64,000 bases of DNA from Eledone cirrhosa (taxonomy: Eukaryota): positions 113,026,001 to 113,090,000 of the forward strand of contig OZ024741.1 of assembly GCA_964016885.1 (NCBI GenBank), in the 5' to 3' direction. How positions within the stretch are numbered: position 1 is the stretch's first letter; the number at the start of each line of letters is the position of its first letter. The position numbers and the translations under genes were made by a program. The notes below the pieces were generated by a model that saw only the letters and a program-made list of their open reading frames with translations, did no database searches and had not been told where the DNA came from. Below, one piece after another: positions 49,846 to 64,000 of the stretch.

Positions 49846-51197
49846 TCATCATCACCGTTTTACGTCCGTTCTTCCACGCTAACATGGGTTAGACGGGTTG
49901 TCCTGTTGTGGGCAGTATCTGGTCGGCTGACCATGCCTTGCTCATACAGGAACTGATTTGGCTTGATTTCTACAGCTGGATGCCCTTCGTAACACCAACC
50001 TCATTTACAGTGAGTGCTGGGTGCTTTTTCATGGCGCCTACACATCCACTTTACAGTGTGGGCTGGGTGCTTTTTTTTTGCCGTGGCACCTCCATGACCA
50101 CCTTGCAGTGGGGGTGTGGGGGCATATTGTCTATATGCTTCAGCTTGTACCCATGGGAGGTCGGGTACTCTGTATTACTGCATGACGCCAGAGGTCACGG
50201 TCGTGTGTCATCGCCTTTGAGAGGTGTAATTGGGTAAGGTCGGCTTTTATCACCTCATCCCAGGTCATCTTGGGTCTCCCCACTCCGCGGTTTCCATCGA
50301 CTTCTAGTGCTCTGCACCTTTTTATGCAGCTGTCATCCTTCATATGCATTACATGTCCATACCAACGCAACCGCATCTCCTGCACACAGCATTTGATTCC
50401 TCTTATGCTCAGTCTCTCTCTCAATTCATTTATGCTTTGTCGTTCTCGTATATTACTATTACACATCCATCGGAGTATGCAGGCTTCGTTTCTCTCTAAT
50501 CTACGTAAGTCTTCCACCTTCAGTGCCCAGGTCTCACTACCATGCAACATCGCTGTTCGGATACACGCATCATACAGTCTGCCTTTCATTTTGAGGGAGA
50601 AGCCTTTTGCAGCTAGCAGTGGTAGTAGTTCCCTAAACTTCTTCCATCCCGTTCTTACCCTAGTTATTGTACTTTCTGAACACCCACCTCCGCTGCTAAT
50701 TCGGTCACCTAGGTAGCAGAAGCTGTCTACTGTTTCTACAGAGCCCTCCCAGAGATTGGTGGTACTTGTTTCCTGTGGCTGTTTGCTGCTTGCTATCCCA
50801 GCATAGCTGCTGCATGTGAAGCCTACATTCTTAATTAAGCTTCCTGAGATCCCGCTACATCTCTTGTGTACCCATTGTTAGCATTTGGGGCAGAGAATGG
50901 AGTTCCTACCTACACCTTTCCTACATACTGAGCAAGGCCATTTCCCTGAGGGGATCTGGGTTCTGTCTTCTCGTCTACTTACAAGGACCTTAGTCTTTGT
51001 CATGTTGACTTTGAGACCCTTTCTTTCTAGTCCCTGCTTCCAAGTTTGGAATTTCTTCTCTAGTTCTACCATCGATTCAGCTATAAGTGCGAGGTCATCA
51101 GCATACAGGATTTCCCATGGGCATCCGGTCTTAAACTCCTCTGTTATTGCCTGCAGGACTATGATGAACAGGAGGGGGCTAAGAACAGAGCCCTGGT
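49845..51197 (-). mobile_element. 5'-truncated RTE family A copy
   Basis: Highly similar to the reverse complement of 12922-14285; begins at QGSVLSP; flanked by (TA)n on both sides; stop near 50878. Confidence 0.93.
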
Positions 51198-51222
51198 ATA
51201 TATATATATATATATTATATAT

Positions 51223-51559
51223 GGAGGCACATGGCTTAGTGGTTAGAGCATTAGCCTTGCAATCTAAAGGTTGTGAGTTCAATTCTCAGATCGGGTGATG
51301 CGTTGTTTCCTTGAGCAAGACACTTTATTTCACATTGCTCCAGTTTACTCAGCTGTAGAAATGAGATGATAGGGACTGGGATCCATATCATTCCACTGCA
51401 AAGTGGTCATGGAGGTGCCATGGCAAAAAAGCCCCCACCACTCACTGTAAATGAGGTTGGTGTTAGGAAGGGCATCCAGCTGTAGAAATCAAGCCAAAAT
51501 CAGTTCCCGTCCCACCCTAGCAAGCAAGGAAAAAGCAGACGTAAAATGAAATGATGATG

Positions 51560-51561
<2 letters not shown>
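51223..51561 (+). mobile_element. SINE family A
   Basis: Matches 1048-1423; flanked by (TA)n. Confidence 0.9.
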
Positions 51562-51600
<39 letters not shown>

Positions 51601-51610
51601 AAGTTTTATA

Positions 51611-51649
<39 letters not shown>

Positions 51650-51839
51650 ACAGGGAGAAAGAGACGATTATGAGGAACAAAAATTTTTTTTTTCCTTTTT
51701 TTGTCTCTCTCTCTCTCTTTTTTTCTGGGTTAGAAAATAATTAAAACGAAATGTTTTACTTTGTGTGAAGTGTTAAGGTATTAATTGATTTATTTTTTTA
51801 TTTACAATGGCATTTATTTATCTATTTATATATTTAATC

Positions 51840-51872
<33 letters not shown>

Positions 51873-52315
51873 TGACCTCTTAATATGCTCCCCACTAAAA
51901 AATAAATATACGTTCACCACCACTAATTGTAGCTTCGGCAGAATATATGTATATAAACATTGCTATGTCCTGTAATATAGCAGTTCAACATAAAGTGATT
52001 AATAGAATATGTACCTGATTGTGAAAGATATGTACCAATCCTCTAGCATAGCTGTAGTCTAATGATTGAAATACATAAAAGAATAAAAAATATGCTTAAG
52101 TCCACAATGGTCTAGAATCAAGATTTGGGTTTCTTTTTAGCATACTGCATATTTCTTTTTATATCAAAGATGAAAATAAAAATGTTATTCAAATTCAACT
52201 CACAAAGTTGGTTTAAAAAACATTGATAATTGCATAGATATGAAAAAAAAGTTAGAAACAGAATTAAGAAATGAGAAAAAAAATGCATATTTTAGTTTTT
52301 TTATATATATTTTAC

Positions 52316-52441
52316 CATCCCTTTTTAAAAAATCTTCTCCAAAGATTTCTTCTATATTGCTTTTAAGATTTGACAGCTGTTGGTATGGCAACCTACTATC
52401 TGAAGGGCTGTTGATATCGTTTAACACATTTATTGCAGTGT
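52316..52441 (-). CDS. Candidate internal host exon, unknown product
   Basis: cctttacAG|ac...gatg|GTaaaa; 126 nt, phase 1-1, open frame TAINVLNDINSPSDSRLPYQQLSNLKSNIEEIFGEDFLKRD; non-repetitive; no homology recognised. Confidence 0.3.
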
Positions 52442-54960
52442 CTGTAAAGGGGTTACTTAAATCACAGTTCCACTAAATTTTAGAGAGCTGTCATTCAATA
52501 CTGTAAGCAAAAGAGTGGTGACAAATACTTTAAAGTTTTACACATCTAAGCAAGTTCTACACAAGTTAAAAACCTGAGAAAAAATAGCAATTCTTTTTAG
52601 CATCATTAAAACTAAGAGGAGATCCAACATGTAACACATCTTGTTAACACCTATGCAGAAAAAAGTATTTGTTTTATTTCAGCTTATCTAAGTGTAAAAA
52701 GTATGTTTAATGTAAAATTCAAGTTTTCTGACATACTATCTGTGGGTATGCACACTATCATCATTTATCCATACATTTTTCTATGCCTGTATTGATTTGA
52801 TGAGTCTTGTGATTTTTTGTGGTCACTAGTCATTTCCTTTATGAGGTTCATCATTCTGAGATCAGCTTTCATTACTTCCCTGTCATCCTCTTCACATGTT
52901 CCTTCCACTTGGATCACTTAGGACACTTACAGAACTATCACTCTTTATATGCATCATATGTCTATTCTAGTACAGTATTATCTCTTGTACACTACAGCTG
53001 TTTCCTGGAAAAATCCAGTTATCTCTTAACTCATTCCTGCTCCGTTGTTTAGGCACACTAACTAACATTACAAAACTGACTGAACATGCTCACCTCATCT
53101 CATTGTAGCTTTCACACATACATTCTATTTAATGCCAATTATTTGCTAATAAGCAATATCACACTTTGTATACAATTATCATCCAACCTGCTTTTCTCTT
53201 AGAGAATTCCTTTGTTTGACAGCAGTAGTGATATCTCCCTGAACAATTTCCATACTGTTCCTACTCTGGCTTCTATGTTTTCAAAGTAAACAAGCCTCCA
53301 CTGTTGATTAGATCACCTCAGTAACAGAAGCTGTCAACCACTGATATAGAGATTTCCTAGAATTTGAAAGAATTCATTTCGAGAGTGTTCTTACTTGTAA
53401 CTACTCCTATAGATCTGCTACACACAGAATCCTTTCCTACACATAAACTAGTTAAATGTCAATTCTGTGACAACAACCAGATATTAGAATTTCTGGCATG
53501 TAATAATGTTGCTCAAATGTGGAGAAAGCTTAAGAGTTGGTCCAAGCTTTCAATCATTTTCTTCCCATAAGAGCATAGTATTTGAAGCATCAAGGATATT
53601 AACAATGGGTATTATAGGGTTAAATGTTGGCAAATAAAAGAAACCATCCATTTTTAAATTATGCTAACTTCCCATTGAGGTGAACAGAATACTTATGGTA
53701 AAAGGCTGATAGTGTGATAGATAAAAACTAAAAACAATAACCTTACTGAAAAATTTTAACCTTTAAATATTTCCAGATGAATAATAAATCTAACCCTTGC
53801 TTTATCAGGAAAATGGCTTTAAACGTATGTTGTAATATGTATTTAGAATACATTTTGTGTATCTAGGCAACAGTTCTATTATGTGAAAGGGCATACTTGA
53901 GAGGATACATTCTTACATAGATACATGATTCTGTGAATGCATACAAGTGCATTTTCTTGTATTTACATATGTATTAGTACTGGCATTTTGCAATCCTCTT
54001 TGTTTTACATGCATTCTTTTTCCAAAAATAGAATATATCTTAGTGAGATGTGATTCCTCAGCCTATCTAGTAGAATGGAATCTCCAATTAAGAATTGGTT
54101 AGATCTGTAAAAATCTGTTAGTATGGAAATACAAATGTAAAATCAGGATGATGATTCTTGATTATTATGAACTTCTGAGTTGCAAAACTTTTGTATATGT
54201 GGTACTTAAACAAACATCAACTCCAGAAGTGTCATTAGTATAGCGAAGACACAAAGACAAATACACTCATCTACACAGACACATATAATCACAGATTATC
54301 TATGATGGGCTGCTCATAATACCATGCAGTGAGATAGAGTCTGAAACTATGTGGCTGCAAATCAAACGTCTTAATCACACAGCCATATATATTCCTATAG
54401 TATATATTGATTAATTTTAGTAATGCATACCACCACCAATTTCTTCAGCTTTTAGGATGAATTTCCAGCATACAGTTCTATATGTTTTTAGCACACCAAT
54501 ACAATATGAAATGTTTAAGATTTGCTAAACTAAAGTTTCTAAAATTTTACATGAAACTAGATAGATGGCAGCATGGCCATGTTCTTAAGACATTTTCTAT
54601 ACAACCACATGGTTCAATGTTACCGAATACCTTGTAAATTAAATTCTGATGAAAAATGTGCGGAAGCAGACCTATTATCAAAGGCAATTTGGGCATAATA
54701 ATCCCAAAATTTTTTTTCAAGAATAGTGTATCCCAGACTATATAATATAATGTGCTCTTCCAAGATGGAAGGATGTTATTTGAGGGTGATTTGACTGCTA
54801 TTTCTAGCAGTTTGAATAACCACATAAATGCACTTTTGCTAATTCATCTGAAGACAGTGCTAGTAGGATTGGAAAAGATAAAGAACACCAATACAGATGG
54901 GAAATGATTTGCAAAAGCATCAACTGAAAATACATTCTTCAAAATTCCCTTTAAGTTAGC

Positions 54961-56756
54961 TTAATCCTTTTGATACGAAACTCCCTGAAACTGCCTCTGA
55001 GCCTATGATATAAAACTTTTTGTTTTAAACTGTTTATATTTACTAAAAGCCTTTCATTATAGTTTTGTGTAAGAACCTCTTTTAAGTTATACCCTAAACA
55101 CCAATTTAATAACGAGAAAATTAATTATATTACTAAATCCCTTCAGATTCTTCATTAATTTTAAAATTATTTTAAAATCATTGGCTATATATTTCTTGAT
55201 GGTAATAAAAGGGTTACCTTAACATTGCTACATGGACAGTTTGAAGCTGATTGCTTTGCTTCCCATTCAGTGAAAGGTCAGGGTACAAATTCATTACAAA
55301 AATGCCAGCTCATATTTTGAATTGCATACATAAAACCACAAATAAAGGTGTTATACATATGTATGTATGTGCATGTGCATGTGTGTGTTTTCATCATTTT
55401 ACATCCTATTTTCTTTCTGAAATGGGTTGGACAGTGTGTGTGTACAACAAGATTTAAAAAGACGAAAAATAAAAAACACAATTGACATTTCAAAACCCAA
55501 TTTATAAGTTTTTTCTTGTGATGAATGGAAATCTGGAAACGACTCAATAGGCTTTTATTGCCTGTTTATTCTTTATAAGTCAGGGAGTTTTGAAGCCAGA
55601 AAAAAGGTAGAAATGTCAGTATAAAGGTCACCAAAAGAAATGCGATATGTTTCATTAAAGTAAATATATAAACCTTTGTACAGATAATAATTTGAAATAG
55701 AAAAGTATAAGAATATATATGAAAGCTGTTTTCCATTCAATATGGCTTTTATATTTTGCCAAAATGGCACTTGTGATAGAAAACAATTTATTTTGAGTTA
55801 CTCAAAGAAAGGTTCTTTCTAATCTTCTGAAATGGTTCTTACTGTTAATCCAATAGTTGTTACTGAACCCTTTTGATACCCAATTACAATGAAATAGACT
55901 GCTAATATCATTTTTAAACAAACAAAATTTTAAGGGTTTTAGTAATATAACTTTCTCATTAGTATGCTGGTGTTTGGCGCATAATGTAACAAAGGTTCTT
56001 ACAGGAATGTTTTGAGATAAATAGAAACACTTTAAAACAAACAGTTTTTTATTGCAGAACCAGGGGTGGTTTCATGTGGTTTGGTATCAAAAGAGTTAAG
56101 GTCATTTAAAAAAAAATATTTTTCCTTAAGATAACTCTATATACCACTGCACATATGATAATTTTACATAGAAATATATTAAAAACAGTATAGATGTTCC
56201 ACCATATTCAGTAAGACTTCTTATAGTTTGGCAAAATGGTTTTAGCAAGGTTAAATGTTAAAGAAAACATGATTCATTTCTGGTTAATCAAAGAAATGCT
56301 CTTTTTATTCTCGTCAAATGGTTCTTTCAGTTTATCCTCTAGTTACTATTTAACCCTCATGTTAATATTTGTAATGAAATACACTGCCAATAAGTTTTTA
56401 CACTAAACAACATTTTAATTGGGAGAGATGGTTGGATAACATCCATGAGCTTGGTGGTTTTACTTTGGGATCCAGCTGGATCAGTTGGAGAGGGTTGCTT
56501 CTGACAGGACCTGCTGGAAGGAGTGTTTGAGAACTCTTCCCCCACAACCCTCTCAGGAATAAGTGGGAGGAGGAGGAGAAGAACAAGAAGAAATTTAGGG
56601 ATATAAATAACTTTCTCATTATTAAGCTGGTGTTTTGAGTATAACTTGAAAACAGTTCTAATGTAAAGTTATGATGAAGGATTTTTAGATAAATATAAGC
56701 AGTTTTGTATCATAGATAAAGAGGCAGTTTCAAGCAGTTTCGTATCAAAAGGGTTA
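54961..56756. mobile_element. Cluster of degenerate piggyBac-like MITEs (~54961-55216, 55865-56099, 56350-56756)
   Basis: Ends resembling ttaacccttttgatac / gtatcaaaagggtta; shared internal taactttctcatta.taagctggtgttt. Confidence 0.6.
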
Positions 56757-57763
56757 TATTTTGTTTAAAAGTTTTTATACCAAACCACATTGAACCACCC
56801 CTGATTATACAATACAAAACTCTTTATTGAAAGTATTTATATTTACCTGAAACTCTCCACTATGGTTTTATTGAAGAACATTTGTTATGTTCCCCACAAA
56901 AGGAAAGGATCACAGTGTCAAATGGGACCAAAGAAACAATGCTTCTATTGGTCTTACCTTTGCTGATACTATCAGCTAGTCATATCTCCAGATGGAGCAA
57001 TAAAGTATTTTGCTTAGAAATGCAATGTACTGCCCAGTCCAGGAATCAAAATAATGACTTTATGAACACCTTAACCACTAAGCCAGTGTGCCTAATAGTT
57101 ATACAGTAACATATTCTATTTTACCCTCATCTATGTAAAATCAGGGTCATGGGGTTAAGAAGCCTGTTTAACATCTACATGGTTTTGGAGTTGATCCATC
57201 TGCAGAAGAACAATCGGCAAGTGTCTCCAGGCCTACCATCAGATCAATCTAAGAATTGTGGAAGACATTTGATTGGCATAGTTCATCTGCTTTTAATGAA
57301 TGTACAGTATAGCATAGTTACACATGTATGTGTGTATACATGTTTGTATGTATGAATGTATATGAATGCATGTATTTGTATGCATGTATACGCATGCAAT
57401 TAAACATATGCATTATATTTATGAATATCATACAGTAATATATAAACACACTGGCCTTCAATCTTTGTTTCGCACTGGGAAATTATTCATTTAACATTTA
57501 TTTAACATATTACACATCCTATCCTATCCTCTCCCACTCTCTTTCTTACAGTCCATATCCACATGAATGAAGGACTTTCTTCAATAAATTGATGCAACAG
57601 ATGTTTTACAGTTGGATGCCCTGCTCTGGAGATGGAATGTGCAGACTATTGAGCTGCATGATTTATTCATGGCATGCACTGCACATCCATAAACAATAGA
57701 AATGTGCAGTGGTGTTGCTATTTTGCTGATGTACACTATTTATCTTTTCGTATATCCCTAATG

Positions 57764-57797
<34 letters not shown>

Positions 57798-57927
57798 ATA
57801 CTTACTAATAGAATGGAAAACGTCACATCCGTGTATAGAATTTTAAACAATTTGCCAATTTTTCTCTCTTGTCTTTCTCATTTGTGCACACCTCCTTCTC
57901 TTTTTATATCTAAACATTATATATATA

Positions 57928-58003
<76 letters not shown>

Positions 58004-59173
58004 CATGTGTGTGTGTATTTATGTATATATAAAGTATGTGTCTATAGATATAGATATATAAATTATATATATACATATATAACTGTCTAACCATGCTAGC
58101 GTGGAAGATGGACGTTAAAAGATGATGATATATACATTATATATTTATATTAGATATATATATATATAGGAAAAGAGTCCGTTCGGATCTAGCTGTCGAA
58201 ATGGCTGGAGCTCAGCCATCGGGGTCCTGACTCTTTCCTATTTTCCACTGTACTACCCTGAGTATTGAGTACTGGTGCATTATGGTCCAACTGGTATCTT
58301 ACCACTGCCTCTTAGTTATATATATATATATATTTACATTATATATTTATATATATCTATATATCATCATCATCATCATCATCATCATAATTTTATGTCC
58401 GCTTATCCCTGCTCGCATGGATATAGTCCCCGGCCCCCCACTCTCAAGCGTGAAACTAATACAAATATCATTTGTACTGCCTCTCTGTTTTTGTTCTCTG
58501 TTCATTTATTAAACTATATATATATATAGAAATGAAAAATGGTGTGCTGCGTTGTTGCAAATGGGATACATATGAATAAAATTAGAGCGAGAAGACAGGG
58601 CGTCCATCATCAATGATCTGCCTTCGTCATTGGTATTACTTCGCATTAAAGATCATATTGGCTGGTGCGAGCAATAACTAAAAAATGTTATTGGGATACT
58701 AGAATAGGGTGAAGCGAGCAATACATGTAAACAAACAGAGATGGTAATGCAACGGAAAGAAAGGAAGAGGGGGAAGAAGTCTGTGATATCTGTGAACTTA
58801 AGTTCGATCAAATCATGGACGAGGAGAGACACTGACACATCCAGACCATGTGAAATGTGAGCGAGAAAAGGATTTCACACAGGTCAGACGGACATATATA
58901 TATATATATATACATTACATATATATATATTTTTTTGTTGTTGTTCCTATATACTTGCTGTGCTTATAATCGTTTTGGCATTGATACACTGGTTGGATTC
59001 CCTTCCTAACATCAACGCCATTCTACAGCATGGACTGGGTGCTTTTATTTGTGCCACCAGCACTAAAGAGGATGTCTTACTGGACTCATGGGCCCTCTCT
59101 ACCCCTCCATTTTACAGCATGGTAAAAAAATTAAAAAAACACCACTTATTGACACTCACGGCACACACACACT

Positions 59174-59485
59174 CACTGACACACCAACACCCATGCATAC
59201 AAACACACACACCACTGACACACCAACACCCATGCATACAAACACACACACCACTGACACACCAACACCCATGCATACAAACACACACACCACTGACACA
59301 CCAACACCCATGCATACAAACACACACACCACTGACACACCAACACCCATGCATTCAAACACACACACCACTGACACACCAACACTCATGCATTCAAACA
59401 CACACACCACTGACACACCAACACTCATGCATTCAAACACACACACCACTGACACACCAACACTCATGCATTCAAACACACACAC
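59174..59485. repeat. 39-bp minisatellite, ~8 units
   Basis: Unit cactgacacaccaacac(c/t)catgcat(a/t)caaacacacacac with polarised variants. Confidence 0.92.
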
Positions 59486-59974
59486 GCCACTCACACACAC
59501 ACACATACATATATATATATTACCGTCAGTACTGTTACAAAATCATGTCAACTCTTGACTTTTCCAGTTCAGTTTTTATATAATAATAATAATTGTTTGC
59601 TTTACAGCAAAGAGCAACGGCCCTCCACACTTCGGGCCCAAAAAATGGGCACCAGAAATGCGCTGGGACAATCGCTGCCCCGTGCCAAGAATAGAATAGT
59701 TATTTAGTATTATAGTTGTTTTTAAGGCCTGATCGCTGGTGATGGTGGTGGCAGTTGTTGTTGTTGTCGATGTTGTCGTTGTTGTTGTTGCAGCCGCTGC
59801 TGCCGTTGTTGTTGTTCATTTCACTGATGCTGCTGCTGTAGTGTTGCTGTTGTTGTTGTTGTTGTAGTCGCTGAGTTGAACTTTTGAAATTTGTTCGTTT
59901 CGCGTGTGTGAAATATACACATACATATATATACATACACATATATATATACATACATATACACACATTCAGCA

Positions 59975-60556
59975 CAGACAATGGTGTTGTTTCCGAGGCC
60001 ATAGTATCTAGAATAAGGACGGGTTGGAAGTAGTTTAGGGAGCTGCTTCCTCTGCTGATGAAGAAGGGTTTCTCCCTGCATACGAAAGGCCGGTTATATG
60101 ATGCCTGTGTGAGGAGCACGATGCTGCATGGTAGTGAGACATAGGCAGCGACTGCAGAGTATGCGATGGCTGGAGAGAAATGAGGAAAGCATGCTCCATT
60201 GGATGTGCAATGTCAATGTGCGTGAACGACCCAGCATGAATGTGTGAGAGAGAAACTGTGTCTGAGAGGGATAGAATGTAGTGTGCGAGAGAGGAGACTG
60301 AGGTGGTATGGACATGTGATGCGCATGGAGGATGACCGATGAGTGAAGAAGTGCCAGGAAATGCCAGTTGAAGGAAGACGTGGTAGAGGTAGACCACAAA
60401 AAAGATGGGCTGAGGTGCTGAGAACAGACCTCAGATCGCTAAAGCTCACGGTGGAGATGACGAAGGACCGTGATAAGTGGAGAGATGCTGTGCTGAATAA
60501 GACCCGTCCCACCCTTGCAAAGAGGGAAAAGCGGACGAAAAATGATGATGATGATA
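59975..60556 (+). mobile_element. RTE 3' fragment (family C, very short 3'UTR)
   Basis: RIRTGWK.FRELLPLL..KGRLYDACVRS.MLHGSET..ERRLRWYGHVMRM..GRGRPQKRW..TRPT then hairpin and (TGA)n. Confidence 0.88.
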
Positions 60557-60721
60557 TATATATATACAGCCTCCGTCTAAACCATGCTAACGTGGAAGAT
60601 GGACGTTAAGTGATGATGATGATAATGATATTATATATCATTTTATGTCCGCTTTTCCCCGCTTGCATATCCTAAACCGACGGTAGTCGGTTTAGTAATA
60701 TTGTTGTCTTAGTGATTTCGT

Positions 60722-60800
<79 letters not shown>

Positions 60801-60899
60801 ATACTTGGGGAGGGTCATATTTGTGTAATATTGCCAGAATTAATAACAGAACACACTCACTGTTTGGTTGGTTTTCGCTTCTCGCTGTCTTTTATATCG

Positions 60900-61630
60900 G
60901 TAATCTAACTTAGCTAACCAGTGTAGAAAGGCCCTGAGAAAGACCCACTTAAAAATAAAGGTGGTTGAAAAGCCAGGAACCACCATAAAATCCCGGATCA
61001 GCAAAACCTACCCTTTTAAGAAAACCCACTGTACCAATAGGAAATGTACCATATGTAAGGTGAACCCCCGGATAAACTGTAAAACTAGAAACGTAGTCTA
61101 TAGCATAAGATGTACAGAGGCTACTTGCAGAAACATGACAACAACATACATAGGTGAGACAGCTCGTAGCATAGGTGAAAGGATAGACCAACACTGGGGG
61201 GAACTAAAAGGACGAAAAAACGCCTGGACACTCATACACTAAGATCCAGGCGTTTTTATGCGCGCGACTTTATTTTCTTATTTTTACGAAGTAACCGTTT
61301 CCGTCTGTATAATACATTTGCCCTAAACTTTTATAATTACGCACACTTTCTAACCATACATTTACACGTGCACATATACATATATGCACATCTATGAGCG
61401 TATATACATACACATACACACACCTAACTATTTTTCTTGATAGATTTTTATATATTTCAATTTCTATTTCATTTATCTATATATTTTTTTTGATTTTCTT
61501 GATGTGTTTTTCTAAGTATTTGCCCATGTTTTATATTGCCTCGTCTGACGAACGAATGAAGTCGTTTATTTCGTATTCGCCTCATTCGGGAAACCTCTGG
61601 TAATGAGGTAATTATATTGTATTGATTTTA
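60900..61630 (+). mobile_element. Penelope-like element remnant (GIY-YIG fragment + pLTR)
   Basis: C..C..C..NCKTRNVVYSIRC...YIGETARSIGERIDQH (60961-61242); downstream hammerhead. Confidence 0.85.
61535..61612 (+). ncRNA. Type I hammerhead ribozyme
   Basis: attgcctcgt-CTGACGA-a-cgaatga...tcattcg-g-GAAA-cc tct gg-TA-atgaggtaat: 10-bp stem I (two G-U), 7-bp stem II, GUA site. Confidence 0.8.
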
Positions 61631-61749
61631 TACATTATATATATATATTAGATATGTTTATATATATATACATTATATATGTATATATATACTATATATA
61701 TATATATTATCTATGTATATATATATACACATTATGTATGTATATATAA

Positions 61750-61908
61750 GGGCGGTGGATTGGCAGTATCGGTAGAGGGTCGGACGCCATGCTTTCCAGC
61801 ATAATTACGTCCCTTTACGATCCCGCCGAGGTTGACTTTGCCTTTCATCCTTACGAGGTCGATAATGCACTGGGTAATTGCTGGCCTTGTGCCTAAAGTA
61901 GAAATAAT
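61750..61908 (+). mobile_element. SINE family B with internal deletions
   Basis: ggcggtggattggcagtatcggtagagggtcggacg...gctggccttgtgcc. Confidence 0.87.
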
Positions 61909-61946
61909 TATGTATGTATATATGTATATATATACGTATATATATG

Positions 61947-62749
<803 letters not shown>

Positions 62750-62980
62750 ATATGTGTATATATAAACATATATATATATGCATTATATATGTATATATAT
62801 ATGCATTATATGTATATATATATGCATTACATATATACATATATGTATATACATTATATATATATCCGTCTAAACCAATGCTAGCGTGGAAGATATGTTA
62901 AACGATGATGATGATGACGATGATATATATATATCATCATCATCATCATTTTATGTCCTCTTTTCCCTGCTTGCAATATG

Positions 62981-63076
<96 letters not shown>

Positions 63077-63079
63077 ATA

Positions 63080-63845
63080 TATATAAATGAAAGGTATAGA
63101 AAACATTGTAGCAAAAAGCCAACAGTATTCCATAATATATAAGTGACTATAGCGTCAAAATGGGAAAAATAGTTAACGTAAGATGTGGGAAAAATAATTC
63201 AAACTCAACTCAAAGAGAATCAGGATATAGATTCATCCACAGAATTTAGTGAAATCCAAGGAAAAAAATCAATAGAGCCTTAACTCATGATAAAATAAAG
63301 TTTAAAAACTCATCCTTCAATTTGGAAAAACTTCAAATGCTCTGTATAGACTTAAAGACTATTTCACGAAAACTTTCAGTGGAGATGGTCACGGTTGGAA
63401 TCCGATCTTCAGCAGAGCTCAACTCGATAACCAAAATTCTCACAAATTAATATGCCAAAAGGGAATTTAAAACAGGCTAGTTCACCATCATGCGTGATTA
63501 TGAAAAATGAAACGCACATGTGGAAAGACGGGCTGGTGACGTCAGAATGAGACGAATGTTTGTCTACAAGAAACAACAGTCAAAAAACATTCCGAAAAAA
63601 ACTCTACAATAAGGAGTTCAGCAAAAAGCAATATTATCGCGGTTTTTCATAAAAAAATACCGGCATTAGTCACAAATAATTTAAGCACTCTAGGAAAGAA
63701 ATCCGAGTATAAATATATAAATGTAAAGTATAGAAAACATTGTAGCAAAAAGCCAACAGTATTCCATAATATATAAGTGACTATAGCGTCAAAATGGGAA
63801 AAATAGTTAATGTAAGATGTGGGAAAAATAATTCAAACTCAACTC

Positions 63846-63848
<3 letters not shown>
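63080..63848 (-). mobile_element. Non-coding partial tandem repeat (~634-nt unit, ~135-nt direct repeats) with a hammerhead; retrozyme/pLTR-like
   Basis: 63080-63213 is repeated at 63713-63847; flanked by (TA)n; no substantial ORF. Confidence 0.7.
63339..63418 (-). ncRNA. Type I hammerhead ribozyme
   Basis: gctctg-CTGAAGA-tcgga...ttcgt-GAAA-tagtctttaagtcta-TA-cagagc: perfect 6-bp stem I, near-palindromic stem III. Confidence 0.72.
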
Positions 63849-63940
<92 letters not shown>

Positions 63941-64000
63941 TATAGATATGTATATATATGTATGTATATATGTATATGTATATATATAAAGTGTTAAAAC

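Noticed and set aside
59174-59485. CRISPR-like array
   Set aside because: Contiguous units with no unique spacers, no cas genes, eukaryotic context.
58960-59583. 207-aa repetitive ORF
   Set aside because: Results from the 39-bp (multiple of three) minisatellite plus a repeat fragment.

Overview
AT-rich eukaryotic DNA dominated by repeats and microsatellites ((TA)n, (CA)n, (GA)n, (TAA)n, (GAT)n). The repeat repertoire suggests an octopus or other cephalopod genome (inference). No host gene is confidently visible, only a few candidate minus-strand exons, and most ORFs in the track are microsatellite translations or antisense shadows. Main contents: (1) a near full-length RTE LINE (APE + RT with a PHD-like Cys/His insert, two in-frame stops) and many RTE 3' fragments; (2) a 10.3-kb head-to-tail array of four R4/Dong-type RLE retrotransposons from two divergent families inside a (TAA)n microsatellite; (3) two tRNA-derived SINE families; (4) Penelope-like remnants with several hand-foldable type I hammerhead ribozymes, one in a non-coding partial tandem repeat of ~634 nt; (5) a non-autonomous Helitron, a deleted Tc1/mariner element, MITEs, and CRE and CR1 fragments. 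Most notable: a 5' cassette shared by the two divergent R4/Dong families that carries a putative spliceosomal intron, a SINE-antisense RTE-SINE composite bounded by one TSD, the ribozyme-bearing elements, and covarying RTE/SINE 3' hairpins that land in (TA)n. All alignments and folds were done by eye; coordinates of degenerate repeats are approximate.
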